64,000 bases of DNA from Octopus sinensis (GCF_006345805.1 NC_043008.1:66650001-66714000), one strand, 5' to 3'; positions 50,287 through 64,000 are shown, numbered from the stretch's first letter. Translations and numbers: made by a program. Notes: generated by a model not told the origin, from the sequence alone.

Positions 50287-52354
50287 ATCATCATCATCCA
50301 TCATCCTCATTTAACGTCCGCTTTCCATGCTAGCATGGGTTGGACGGTTCAACTGGAGTCTGGGGAGCCCGAAGGCTGCACCAGGCCAGTCAGATCTGGC
50401 AGTGTTTCTACAGCTGGATGCCCTTCCTAACGCCAACCACTCCGAGAGTGTAGTGGGTGATTTTATGTGCCACCGACACAGGTGCCAGACGAGGCTGGCG
50501 AACGGCCACGCTCGGATGGTGTTTTTATGTGCCACCGAAACAGGTGCCAGACGAGGCTGGCAGACGGCCACGCTCGGATGGTGTTTTTATGTGCCACCGA
50601 CACAAGTGCCAGATGAGGGTGGCGAACGGCCACGATCGGATGGTTGTTGTTACGTGCCCACAGCACGGAGGCCAGTCGATGCGGGGTACTGGCTACGGCC
50701 ACGTTCGGATGGTTTTCTGTGTGCCACCGGCACTGGTACCACAAAGATACAAATTCCATTGATGTTCATCTATTTTGATTTGGTTTGATTTTCACTTGCC
50801 TCAACAGGTCTTCACAACGTCACACATTGCCTCAACAGGTCTTCACAGTGTCACTACTTGCCTCAACAGGTCTCACAAGTGTCATAAGAAGGAAGGTATG
50901 CACAGGTGGACTGACTACGTCCCAGGTAGGGGCCACGGGTTATGGCCTGACTAGTCTTGCCGGGTCTTTGGGGTGTTTTTTATGTGCCACCAACACAGGT
51001 GCCAGATGAGGCTGGCGAACGGCCACGATCGGATGTGTTTGTTACGTGCCCACAGCACGGAGGCCAGTCGATGTGGTACTGGCTACCGCCACGTTCGGAT
51101 GGTTTTCTTGTGTGCCACGGCATTGGTACCACAAAGATACAAATTCCATTGATGTTCATCTATTTTGATTTGTTTTGATTTGATTTGATTATGATTATTA
51201 TTATTATTATATCACTTGCCTCACAGGTCTTCACAAGTGTCATTTGATTTGATTAGCATTTGCCTCAACAGGTCTTCACAAGTGTCATAAGAAGGAAGGT
51301 ATGCACAGGTGGAATGACTACGTCCCAGGTAGGGGCCACGGGTTATGGCCTGACTAGTCTTGCCGGGTCTTTGGATGGTGTTTTTATGTGCCACCAACAC
51401 AGGTGCCAGATGAGGCTGGCGAACGGCCACGATCGGATGGTGTTTGTTACGTGCCCACAGCACGGAGGCCAGTCGATGTGGTACTGGCTACCGCCACGTT
51501 CGGATGGTTTTCTTGTGTGCCACCGGCATTGGTACCACAAGATACAAATTCCATTGATGTTCATCTATTTTGATTTGTTTTGATTTGATTTGATTATGAT
51601 TATTATTATTATTATTATCACTTGCCTCAACAGGTCTTCACAAGTGTCATTTGATTTGATAGCATTTGCCTCAACAGGTCTTCACAAGTGTCATAAGAAG
51701 GAAGGTATGCACAGGTGGACTGACTACGTCCCAGGAAGGGGCCACAGGCTATGGCCTGACTAGTCTTGCCGGGTCTTCGGACAGGTGCCAGATGAGGCTG
51801 GCGAACGGCCACGATCGGATGGCGTTTGTTATGTGCCCACAGCACGGAGGCCAGTCGATGCGTAGGTACTGGCTACAGCCACGTTCGGATGGTTTTCTTG
51901 TGTGCCACCGGCACTGGTACCACAGAGATACAGATTCCATTGATGTTCATCTATTTTGATTTGTTTTGATTTTTTGATTTGTTGATTTTCACTTGCCTCA
52001 ACAGGTCTTCACAAGTGTCACAAGAAGGAAGGTATGCACAGGTGGACTGACTACGTCCCAGGTAGGGGCCACCACGATCGGATGGTGTTTGTTATGTGCC
52101 CACATCACAGAGGCCAGTCGATGCGGTACTGGCTACGGCCACGTTCGGATGGTTTTCTTGTGTGCCACCGGTACTGGTACCACAAAGATAGAAATTCCAT
52201 TGATGTTCATCTATTTTGATTTGGTTTGATTTTCACTTGCCTCAACAGGTCTTCACAAGTGTCACACACTTGCCTCTGCCTCAACAGGTCTTGTCAAATT
52301 ATAATGAATTGTTTGCAAGCAAAAAGAAATTAATTAAATACATTAGTGTTATAT
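50287..52354 (-). mobile_element. Inverted near-copy of 32474-34006, with about 0.5 kb more sequence, inserted into a family A SINE
   Basis: Reverse complement matches 32474 onward, including the non-repeat flank. SINE halves ...CTAAGTTAC and GGATGTAAATACACC... lie on either side. Confidence 0.85.
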
Positions 52355-55300
52355 GGATGTAAATACACCAACACCAGTTGTCAAGCAGTGGTGGTGGACA
52401 AACACAGATGCAAAGACACACACACACGATGGGCTTCTTTCAGTTTCTGTCTACCAAATCCACTCAGAAGGCGTTGGTCCCCACAAGGCTATTAATAGTA
52501 GATAATATTAGCCTGTGATGCTACAGAGTGGGACTGAACCCGAAACTGTAGTTGGGAAGCGAGCTTCTTACCACACAGCCATGCCTATTTGATTTCTGTA
52601 AATATGTTTTAATTTTTAACTCCAAGCTTTCTGTTTCTCTGAGTTAAAGGGACCGCTGGACCATGACTTATATTGTCCCAAACATAAATCTGACCATGGG
52701 TATATGTGTGAGTAAAATGCTCAGCTACTTATGAATTCAGGAAAAGGTAATTCAGTTCTTTGAACAACTGAAACCTTTTCATTGAAACTGACAAAGGAAG
52801 AAACTGTCTGTATTTGGTAATATATCTCTTAGACTGTCTGTATCTTTTACTAGATGGTAGCCAAGTGAACTAGCTATGGAAAGTAGTAGTGGTCTGCATT
52901 GGCAAAAACAGCTATTTCTACTAATGTTGATATCTGGGTGAGTGTTTATGCTGGTGGGCGTGGTGGTGGTGGTGGAGGGAAAGGAGACAAGAATCCTAAT
53001 GTTTTCCCAAGAGAGAAAAATGTAATGTCTAAAGTTTCTTCAAACTTTGATTATTTATTTATGTATGTATGTATGTATGTATGTCTAGCTATCTGTGTGT
53101 GTGTATGCATACATACGCACATTAAAAGAAAGAGATGGTAGGAAGTGGGGATAATCAATGGAAAACTGATGCAAGAAGGTCAGTGGCCGGAGTGAAAATG
53201 AGAAATATTGCAGGAGAGCTAATAATGAGCTAAACAGATACTAATTCTTATTGTAGATAGGTGTCGGGTGGAGAGGAGGGCTAAAATATACAGATAGTAT
53301 AAGAGTGGTGAAAGTATATAAATGCGTGTGCACGTGCATACAGGCATGTATATTTACATATATTCTTTTACTCTTTTACTTGTTTCAGTCATTTGACTGT
53401 GGCCATGCTGAAGCACCGCCTTTAGTTGAATACATCGACCTCCAGGGCTTATTCTTTGTAAGCCTAGTAATTATTCTATCAGTCTCTTTTGCTGAACCAC
53501 TAGGTTACGGGAAGGTAAACACGCCAGCATCATATGTCAAGCAATGTTGGGGGGGGGGCAACACAGGCACACATACATACCGGTTCGGCAAAAGAGACCG
53601 ATAGAATAAGTACTGGGCTTACAAAAAAATAAATCCTGGGGTCGAGTTGCTCGATTAAAGGCGGTGCTCCAGCATGGCCGCAGTCAAATGACTGAAACAA
53701 GTAAAAGAGTATACATACATACATATATAAAAGAAATCAAGTGTGTTAAAATCTAGAGAGACATGAGGTCCTCTAGGTTTAAAATGCTCAAGATACCTCG
53801 GCTGTATGCTGCATACCCTTCATAACTCTGTGGCAGTTAATTTCAACTGTGAGTTTATCATGCATGTAAACCCCATTTCAGTCAATCAGAACTTATTGTT
53901 TTAGAATTTTCTTTCAATGAAGACCTTAATACAGAGGCTTTGGCACAAGAAAGCCAGAGAGAATTCAGATTTCATTGAATCAGTCTCGAGTGAATTTCCT
54001 CTCTTATAGCTGTTTTTCCAGCTTCATACTCAAACCAGCATGATTCTCCTAAGGGCTGTTTTCACAGCTCTATACCCAACCTGAAGATGAATGAAGAATC
54101 AATGTGGCCATATGTATTTGCAGTGATGTGAAAGATCAGCCTAATTATCAATTATCTGCTGAAGGACTCTGACACCTGTAAAACATGATGCTCGTATAAG
54201 ATCGACTCTATTTCATGAAGCCTTGTAATAATGTAGCAATAAATTATGTGTATAAATTGACCACCAAGTCTTTGTCATAACCAATGCTACAACTCCATTG
54301 GCAGTTGAAGGCCCATGGGGAAAAGGAAAGATTTAGATTTCCACCCAGATATTGTTGTGATATTAATGATGAAGAGGAGACAGATGTGACATCTGTAATG
54401 AGAATATTTGTAGGTGCTTGGTTTGGTGTAGCTAGGGTCTACAAAGACTTTGGTTTCTCGGTCTTCAAGTTCAGCAATCTCAAACAGGACACTAAAGGGA
54501 ACAACAGTAGTATCCCAGAATTGCTAGAACCAACTGACTGGAACTTGCAGCAGAAATATGTTTATCATTTGGCTGTCTAGGCTTAAAAAGTGGGAAATTG
54601 GCTCATATGCATATTTTCTACAAGTGGTCACATGACCTAGTCACGTGATGGTGTATACATCGATCGAGTCTGTTTGATTTTCCATGGATATCCAATCCCA
54701 TCACATGACAGACCGGCCTAGCATGAGAAAATTATGCTTGCTTCCTGGAGCCTACCCACATGCTTAAATAGAAGGTTTTGCTCTCACTTTTCTTCAGTGA
54801 GGTAGGAAGACACGGCTGAGTTCGGATCTCAGCAGAGAGGAGAGTTATTTTGCAGATAGTCTTGACATGTTACATGTGTCCATTACACCCAATAAGCAGA
54901 GTGGATTTGAGAGACTTCAAGAAGTCATGTCATGTATTTCTTATTTCTTTATTGCCCACAAGGGGCTAAACACAGAGAGGACAGACAAACAGATTAAATC
55001 GATTACATCGACTCCAGTGCGTAACTGGTACTTAATTTATTGACCCCGAAAGGATGAAAGGCAAAGTCGATCTCGGCGGAATTTGAACTCAGAACGTAAC
55101 GGCAGACAAAATACCGCTAAGCATTTCTGCCAGCTCGCCATGTCATGTATTTCTGTTCCTGTTCTACCCAGCACACATTACCGAGATCCTACTGACTGAG
55201 AAACAAATATGCAAATTTTCCTCAGACAATATCATTCAAGATGTACCAATGTTTGCTGTAACATTTCCTTTAGCGTTTGAATAAAGTTTCACAGTTAATT

Positions 55301-56261
55301 GCAATTTGTTTTCTTGTATTTCTTTCCACTGTTTATACACAACTCATTGAACAGAGAATTGTAATTATACCAGGCCCTGAGGACATGCTAACCAACCCAC
55401 TAAAAGTCTAGCTTATACTTCACCTTTTTCTTTGAAAACATAACTATGAACATCTTGATCAAGCATATTGCCTTTTGATATAATATCATCATCATCATTT
55501 AGCATCCACTTTCCATGCTAGCATGGGTTGGACGATCTGACTGAGGACTGGCGAACCAGATGGCTGCACCAGGCTCCAATCTGATCTGGCAGAGTTTCTA
55601 CAGCTGGATGCCCTTCCTAATGCCAACCACTCCGAGAGTGTAGTGGGTGCTTTTTTACATGCCACCAGCACGAGGGCCAGTCTGGTGGTGATTGAAAATA
55701 ACTAGTGTGGTGTGAAAGATGCTAAAGAAACCATTGATTGTCCACCCACATTCAAACGTTCATCGGGATTTTGTGATTTTTGAGAGAGAGATAGAAGGTG
55801 CAGGAAAGATCAAGACAAAGCTGATTTTACAAACAGTGCCTGATTTAATAGAAAATGGCTGGTGGAAGCTAAAGAAGTGCCTTGTAAGTTTGTGGTGGTA
55901 CAACTAATTACTCAGGCTTTGGTGCGACCAATCATCTACAATATACCGAAGAAAATGTTTCATATTTGTTCAACAACAGTGAAAGTGTTTGTGAAAATGT
56001 GAAAGTAAATTGTCTTAAAGATATGAAAGTATATTGCGATTGAAATCAGGAGTGATGACAGTGATTCACTTTTACTTGTTTCCATGCTGGAGCACCACCT
56101 TTAGTCGAGCAAATCAACCCCAGGACTTATTCTTTGTAAGCCTAGTACTTATTCTATCGGTCTCTTTTGCCAAACTGCTAAGTTACGGGGACGTAAACAC
56201 ACCCGCATTGGTTGTCAAGTGATGTTGGGGGGACAAACACAGACACACAAACATATACATG

Positions 56262-58202
56262 CACATATATATATATATATATACATATATACAACGGGTT
56301 TTTTTCACTTTCAGTCTACCAAATCCACTCACAAGGCTTTGGTCAGCCTGAGGGTATAGTAGAAGGTGTCACGCAATGGGATTGAACCCGGAACCATGTG
56401 GTTCATAAGCAAACTACTTACCACACAGCCACTCCTACATCTACAAATATATCAAAATTTTATAAAGCATGTTCGATATTCGATGAGTGGGCCTCCTATG
56501 TGGGTCTCAGCAACTTCTATGCTCTTGAAGTTGTCAACCATTTACTCAATTTTGTTGATCCAAACAATGACAGTATCAATACACAGTGTGCAGGAGGGTG
56601 ATGGATGCTCACCAAGAAGAAACTTAGGCAATAATGAGGGATTAGTGATGATTTATTTATATTATCTCTTCATGAGTATTCATAAAAATAATGAAACTGT
56701 CACCTTCTGGGTTCTATAATAATTTACTTTTATTTTTTTTTAGGGTTATTTACTTTTACTTTTTACAGCAATAAACTACATGTTAATGCAACAAATGTGT
56801 CTGCTATTTGTTAAAATAAGGCCTAGACTAGGTAAAATACCCTGCATGGAAAACCAAATTGTAAGTTCAGTGCAAACATACTTAATGCAATGAACCAAGA
56901 AAACTTAATTAAAATCATGCCCATGAATATTTAGCTTCATGATCAATCCGGGAAAGTTCAGGGAGATAACCTCAAAATCTTGATAAATTAAAAATTGCTA
57001 AAAAAATTGAATATGAACAATTTAGTGATAGCGGTAGTAGGGTATGTGGGGTGTTTGTGTGTCAGTCAATCGTTTACATTAACAGCTGACACTTCCTCAT
57101 TCTGAAATTACAAATCGTCTTCATTGCATTAATATCCTCCAGGAATTTGATATTCAATTATAGCTTGTCCTTGATATATTTCTCAACAACCAAAAAATAA
57201 AACAAGATTAAAAAAAACAACAAATATATATATATATTATATATATATATATATACATATATACAACGGGTTTTTTTCACTTTCAGTCTACCAAATCCAC
57301 TCACAAGGCTTTGGTCAGCCTGAGGGTATAGTAGAAGACACTTGCCCAAGGTGTCACGCAATGGGATTGAACCTGGAACCATGTGGTTCATAAGCAAACT
57401 ACTTACCACACAGCCACTCCTACATCTACAAATATATATCAAAATTTTATAAAGCATGTTCGATATTCGATGAGTGGGCCTCCTATGTGGGTCTCAGCAA
57501 CTTCTATGCTCTTGAAGTTGTCAACCATTTACTCAATTTTGTTGATCCAAACAATGACAGTATCAATACACAGTGTGCAGGAGGGTGATGGATGCTCACC
57601 AAGAAGAAACTTAGGCAATAATGAGGGATTAGTGATGATTTATTTATATTATCTCTTCATGAGTATTCATAAAAATAATGAAACTGTCACCTTCTGGGTT
57701 CTATAATAATTTACTTTTATTTTTTTTTAGGGTTATTTACTTTTACTTTTTACAGCAATAAACTACATGTTAATGCAACAAATGTGTCTGCTATTTGTTA
57801 AAATAAGGCCTAGACTAGGTAAAATACCCTGCATGGAAAACCAAATTGTAAGTTCAGTGCAAACATACTTAATGCAATGAACCAAGAAAACTTAATTAAA
57901 ATCATGCCCATGAATATTTAGCTTCATGATCAATCCGGGAAAGTTCAGGGAGATAACCTCAAAATCTTGATAAATTAAAAATTGCTAAAAAAATTGAATA
58001 TGAACAATTTAGTGATAGCGGTAGTAGGGTATGTGGGGTGTTTGTGTGTCAGTCAATCGTTTACATTAACAGCTGACACTTCCTCATTCTGAAATTACAA
58101 ATCGTCTTCATTGCATTAATATCCTCCAGGAATTTGATATTCAATTATAGCTTGTCCTTGATATATTTCTCAACAACCAAAAAATAAAACAAGATTAAAA
58201 AA

Positions 58203-58230
<28 letters not shown>
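56262..58230. repeat. Near-perfect tandem duplication, about 0.98 kb x 2, bounded by (TA)n tracts
   Basis: Copies differ visibly only by a 13-bp indel (ACACTTGCCCAAG), a 2-bp indel and microsatellite length. Confidence 0.95.
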
Positions 58231-58233
<3 letters not shown>

Positions 58234-59142
58234 AATAAATGTATGTGTAAATAATAAAAGAAACAACAACAATAATAAAATGCATCTAAAATTATAAAAT
58301 TGATTTTATTATGAATTTATTCTAGCATGAAACACAAAGACAGTTTAGAAATGGCATTCATTATTAAAGGATTCTAAAGATTCTTGAAGAGTCATATTAG
58401 ATCGAGATTTGAGAATTGAGCATAATACAAGCAGATATATTCATTACATGAAAATACATTCGCATATGATGCTAACATATACACACTCTATCTCTCTTCT
58501 TTTCTATTCGCCCTTCTCCTAGTCTCCAAGTCCCTCTTTCTCTCTCTCCAACCTCTCCTTCTTTCTTTACACCTCCTCTCTTCCTTTCAATTCAAGCCCT
58601 CTCTTTCTTTCTCTGTAACCATCTCTCTTCCCCTCCAACAATCTCTCTTACTTTCTTTCTCTAACTTCCTTTCCCTTGCTATTTCTATTCAAACCCAACC
58701 TCTTTCTGTCACTCCAGTCCTCTCTTTTTCTCTCTCTCCTTCTATCCAACCTCCTTTTTTTTTACTCTCCAGCCCTCACTTTTTCTTTCCACCCATTCTT
58801 TTTCTATCTTCCACCAATTGGAAATATTTCCAAAAGCTATAAGCCTTTCGAATTAATCATATAATAAAGATCTAGATAGATTTGAAGATGACCTCATAAA
58901 ATTAGTTTAAAATGCTAAATATCAGCCATATATCCAATAGCTTCCAACGTAAATTGCATGCATATCTTAAACCTTCCAGGAACTCACCAATTATAAAAGC
59001 TGATAAAGCAAAAAAATTTTATGAGGTAGATAACCACACACCTAATAAATTGCTGATCAATAACATAACTAAAACATAAAAGAGACAAACAAACCCTAGG
59101 ACATATTTAATCAACGGTGAGGCCAAAACCTTAGCCAAGAAC

Positions 59143-60130
59143 TGGTGTCCTCATCTTAATTGTTGCTTTTCACTATGTTTTGGCTGTTGTATGCTCCAGC
59201 CTTCTTCAGGTGTCTTGTATTGAAATCAGTTGTATTGGAATTTCGAAGCTAACCCTTTAATTGATCTACGATACAATAACCAAGTTCAACACATGACACC
59301 TGAGGAAGGCTGGAACATATAACAACCGAAATGTAGTGAAATCAACAATTAAAATGCGGATAGCAGTCCGATTAATGTAATATACACAATATCAATTTCT
59401 CATCGTACATATATAGAATTATCTTAGCCTAGAAATTTAACATCGAAGAGAGAGTACAATGATTTATCTCACAAATACCTTTTGTGACCCTGTGAATGAC
59501 CATAGATGCAATTTCAAGCAAAAAAGGAAAAATTTGAAATTGTTGGTTAAATCCCACAAAAAGCGAAATACGCATATTCAGCAAATCTATACTAGATAAC
59601 ATATGGCACATCAGAGCTTCTTCAAACTCCACACAAAGGATATGTAACAGCTCAACCATTGAATGGTTTATGGAAATTAAAGATAAGTCCAAATACAAAC
59701 TCAGTCAGTTCGACATCGTGAAATTTTATCACTCAATCTTCAAAAAGCAATCGAGTACAGTGAAACATATACAACTATTACTAATGCCAATATAGACATT
59801 ATAAAGAAAAGAAAGTCCTTGCTTTCTCATGATAATACCTATTGGGTTAAAAAGAATGAGGATGAACTATTTAAGTCTCCGCAAGGAGCCATGATGGAGC
59901 AGAGGTAGCAGATCTGGTTGGTCTTAATAGCCTACACATTGTTCAGAATGAAATAAAAGATGCTCCCATAGAATTATATGGGGATGATAGTCTTGGAGTA
60001 GTATCTGTTAGACACTCAGTGACTGACAACGGAATGTTATAGTCAAGTCTACTGCATGTCTGATAATATATGCCTAGGTTGCGAATAAAAGTGTAAGGAG
60101 GCCGTGGCCATTTGCATGGTGATAGCATTT
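59143..60130 (+). mobile_element. Decayed Penelope-like element: inverted hammerhead-bearing terminal repeats followed by RT remnant
   Basis: Inverted arms at about 59143-59245 (-) and 59293-59400 (+). RT motifs NPTKSEI, EWF.EI, QFDIVKFY (59709), RKSLL...WVKK, SHDGAEVADLVGL and YGDD (59977-59988), with frameshifts. Confidence 0.85.
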
Positions 60131-61193
60131 CATTGGTTAATTTTCAATCATCATCAATCAATGAGTGATAGTTTGGCATGCAGCTATCTTCATGCGTGGT
60201 TGTTCTGTTTTACGTATTGAAGTGGAAGAGGAAGCTAATGGGTGTACGTCTGTGTGTGTTTATGTGTGTGCATGTGCTTGTTCTTGTCTGTGAGTGTGTG
60301 TATGTGTGCTTGCTTGGTCTTGTGTGTAAGTATGTGTGTGTGTGCGTGTTCTGTTTTTATGTATTTATGTGTGTGGAGTGTAGATATAACAAAAACAATG
60401 TCGCATTTTAAACTCGAGAAAAGCCTTGCACATTTGTTCTTACCTGCTTCATTTGTGTATGTAAAATCCGTAAATGTCCAAGAAGAAAACGAGATCAACG
60501 TCGAAAAAGCCATATTAGTTATAATAGCCCATGTGGTTTTTCTTAGTCACCGAAGAGCCGAAATATTGCAACAAGCATTAAAGAGCCGAAATATTGCGAT
60601 ATACACCAAAGAGCCGAAATATTGTAACATGTATGGGGAAAAGAGAGAAATGTAAATTAACTCTTACTATTGATTAAAGGAAATGTGGAATAAAGAAATT
60701 TAAATGACATTGACTTCTATAAATTTTAAAGCTAAATTAAGCAAGATCTGTGGGACAAAACAAAAACACGCTCGTACACACATACTCACACACAAAAGAA
60801 CAAACACGCACACACATACATACACACAAGAAAAGCACGCACGCACACACACACATCAGTTGTCACACCATTAGGAGAAATACGGTATATATATAAAATA
60901 TCACAAGCATTGCCTTAAAAAGTATGAAACTTAAATATTGAAAAAAAGGTTACAGAATGTCATAATAAACCTTAAAAATTATGGTACATTTCTGGCATCG
61001 TTTTATCCTCCCAAAATTTGTTTAGTTCATCGAAAATAAGTAGTATTAAAAATTAATTAAGTTAAATTATTGTATACTCAGTTTAAACAAGACAATTGTG
61101 TACAAATACTAATGTCTTTTTTATGCAATAATTCAATTTATGAATGATAATCTTTATAGATTTACAAGTAATCAATCAAAAATAATTTAGTAA

Positions 61194-61400
61194 CTAGCTG
61201 GACCCGTGAAAATTTCACGGAAAGCGTAAAAAGTGTAAGCATCCGTAAATTGTGTGCTGGTGCCACGAGAAATGTTTCTATATTTTGACACTTACAAAAT
61301 ATAGAAAAAAGTGTAAAACCGCTAACTATATAATCCAACCAAAATCTCTCAGGTACGCACACGTAAACAGAATTACTATTTAACCTTAAAATGCATCGGA
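61194..61400 (-). mobile_element. Helitron 3' terminus
   Basis: Hairpin CCGTGAAA-N-TTTCACGG (61204-61220) followed on the minus strand by GTCCAGCTAG|T. Confidence 0.7.
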
Positions 61401-61920
61401 CATATTCAAAGAACCTTCTTGGTTTAGTGTTACGGAACGTTCTTCTGGTATTCTTTTATTCTTTTGCTTGTTTCAGCCATTTGACGGTAGCCATGTTGGA
61501 GTACCACCCTTTAGTCGAAGAATTCGACCCCAGAACTTTTTCCCTGTAAGCCTGGTGCTTATTTTATCGGTCTCTTTTGTCGAACAGCTAAGTTACGGGG
61601 ACGCAAACACCAACATCGGTTGTCAAACAATGGTGGTGGGGGACAAACACGGACTCAAACACCTACATAAAGTTATATATATATATATATACAAAAACAC
61701 GCTCGTACACACATACTCACACACACACATACATACACACAAGAACAAGCACGCACACACACACATCAGTTGTCACACCATTAGGAGAAATACGGTATAT
61801 ATATAAAATATCACAAGCATTGCCTTAATATATATATATATATCTGATGTAGGATAAAATTTTTTCGAAAAAAATTTTATCAATGGCCAGCATATTAAAA
61901 AATACCTTTAAAGGTTAAAT

Positions 61921-62200
61921 TTATAAATAACTTATAAAATAAGGGCTGGAAATACTTCCAAGGAAACACCTAGCTTCGTTAGAAATAAGAACGAAAGACA
62001 ACAACATCTTATCGATTATGGTTTGGAATCTTAAAGACAGGAACGTGGACAATCCCCATATAAATTGGAGTATCAGGGCTAAGGTTAGCAAATATATAGG
62101 ATAATGTAGCAGATGCAACCTCTGTATCACAGAGAAATTACACATCGTAACATCAACAGTGAACATTTTGAACATTTGAGAAAAAAACCTCCTTTTGCAT
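61921..62200 (-). mobile_element. Degenerate mariner transposase C-terminal remnant
   Basis: LHYPIYLLTLAL...IWGLSTFLSLRFQ weakly resembles LPHPPYSPDLAPSD.HLFG.LK..L...RF. Confidence 0.4.
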
Positions 62201-63369
62201 ACCCAAACAATTTAAACTACGAAATTTCAAACATTACTCCTCATCGTCTTTGCCACCTATCCACCCAGGCTGAATTTTGAATATTGATTATATGTACAAT
62301 ACGTATAATAGACATACACTCCCGGGAATGTATGTTGGAATTCTAAACTGCACAGATATGTATAGTATATACATAACACATATTCATGATATCACACGAT
62401 TTATAAAATATATTTTTATGAACTTACAACTTCATGGACTAATTTACGCTTAAAGCTTGTGTAAACACCATAAATGAGAAGATCCACATAACACATGCTA
62501 CATGCATTAGTATAAATTCATATACATATATCTATAAGTATAGATATGCGTGAAAGTTCTTGCATAATGTAATTAATCTATTCTGAATACAAATTGTTGG
62601 AAGAGCTAGGGCGAATGCAAGGAAAATAGCAATTAGGAAATTGCTTCCTCTCATCTGTGTATTAATTTTGAAGTCCCGCATAGTCTCTGTTAACTCGTGA
62701 TATTCGCATCCAAAATCGAAGCAATTATTTATAATTTTAAGTGTATCGCTTGAAAATAGCGGAAATTCTTTTCACACGAAACCAGTGGTAGCATAGTTGA
62801 TTCACAGATAAAGAATAATTATCCATCAGCTCTCATTCACACTGTTTGATTCTGTTGTATGTGTGTGAGTGTGTATGTATGTGTGTGTGTGTACGTGAGT
62901 GCGTGTGCACGCGCGTGTATGAGACTGTGTATGTGTGTGTGTATAGACACGCGCGCGTACACATACACACTAGGGTGTGCTGAAAAGTTCCTGGCTTTGG
63001 GTAAAAGAAAACACAGGAGGATCAGTTAATTAGGATTTTATTGAACATATCCTCCTCTCAGATTCACACACTTATTGCAGCGGTCCTTCAGCTTTTCTAA
63101 GCCCTGTAAAAGAGCTCGGAATGTTGGGCCTTAAACTTGGCCCTTCGCAACACCCTAAGGAACTTTTCAGGACACTCTCGTACACACACACACACACACA
63201 CTACATTGTATATATTGTAGAGAAGGGATTTAAATCACGTGATTTTATGTAAAAAAATTACCAATAAGTGAATGCTTTCAGAAGTTTTCATTTATGGAAA
63301 ACTTCGCAAAAGTACAAGTAAAATCTAATGACTAAATGTGCACTGAATATCCGCACGCACAAACATTTG

Positions 63370-63441
63370 TATACCTACCTACCTACCTACCTACTACCTA
63401 CCTACATACATACATACATACATACATGTACATATACATAT

Positions 63442-63519
<78 letters not shown>

Positions 63520-63520
63520 C
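63370..63520. repeat. (CCTA)/(CATA)/(TA)n microsatellite. A further (TA)n(TG)n tract at about 63874-63975
   Basis: Direct inspection. Confidence 0.95.
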
Positions 63521-63872
63521 CTACCCACTTACCTAAAACAGATGATGTATAAACATTAAATATATATCCTCAGTAATTAAGAGTTCAATTAATAATAGAT
63601 AATTAAACTCTAACATACAGCATTGCAGTAAATCCAGACAGAAAAATCTTGCATGCACATACATGATCAGCTAAAATGATCCTCAAGAGCAATGTGTATT
63701 TAGAATATAGCTAGCATAGTGCGCAATACTCTTAATGATTAGGAATAGACATTGCTTTAAATCAATTTATTTTAAATTAATTATGTATCTTAATTATGTA
63801 TTAATGGAATTGTGCTTATTTCTAATGAAACAGCTGTTGGAAGTAATTAAATTATGATCTATCTGTTTTTCA

Positions 63873-63960
<88 letters not shown>

Positions 63961-64000
63961 TGTGTGTGAGTGTGTGCACATATATTCATTTCTATATACA

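Noticed and set aside
54284-54580. 98-aa ORF, with faint PLE RT-thumb resemblance on the opposite strand
   Set aside because: No motif strong enough to call by eye.
56440-56900. Faint resemblance to a mariner transposase N-terminus on the minus strand
   Set aside because: Too degenerate to support without alignment tools.

Overview
Eukaryotic, AT-rich, repeat-dense genomic DNA. The SINE and LINE families point to a coleoid cephalopod, most likely Octopus (inference). One protein-coding gene is well supported: the MRG15/MORF4L1 chromodomain + MRG-domain gene on the + strand, 11465-46194. I rebuilt it by hand as 12 core coding exons, all with GT-AG introns and consistent phases (960 nt, 319 aa), plus an extra in-frame 255-nt exon. 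Most of the remaining sequence is transposon-derived: several tRNA-headed SINE families, RTE and R4/Dong LINE remnants, Penelope-like element (PLE) remnants, Helitron pieces, MITEs (pogo, mariner, piggyBac, hAT, Ginger-like) and microsatellites. No CRISPR array, rRNA or convincing tRNA gene is present, and almost all ORFs in the supplied track are repeat artefacts. Main observations: (1) six hammerhead-ribozyme motifs in three sequence families, including a TSD-flanked tRNA-headed SINE whose 3' half matches the ribozyme-bearing terminal repeat of a PLE in the same window, and a near-intact hammerhead antisense and downstream of MRG15; (2) a candidate lineage-specific 85-aa MRG15 cassette exon; (3) an apparent source/daughter inverted insertion carrying MRG15 intronic flank; (4) inverted MITE pairs bracketing MRG15 exons. 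All alignments and folds were done by eye. Repeat boundaries are approximate and novelty could not be checked against databases.
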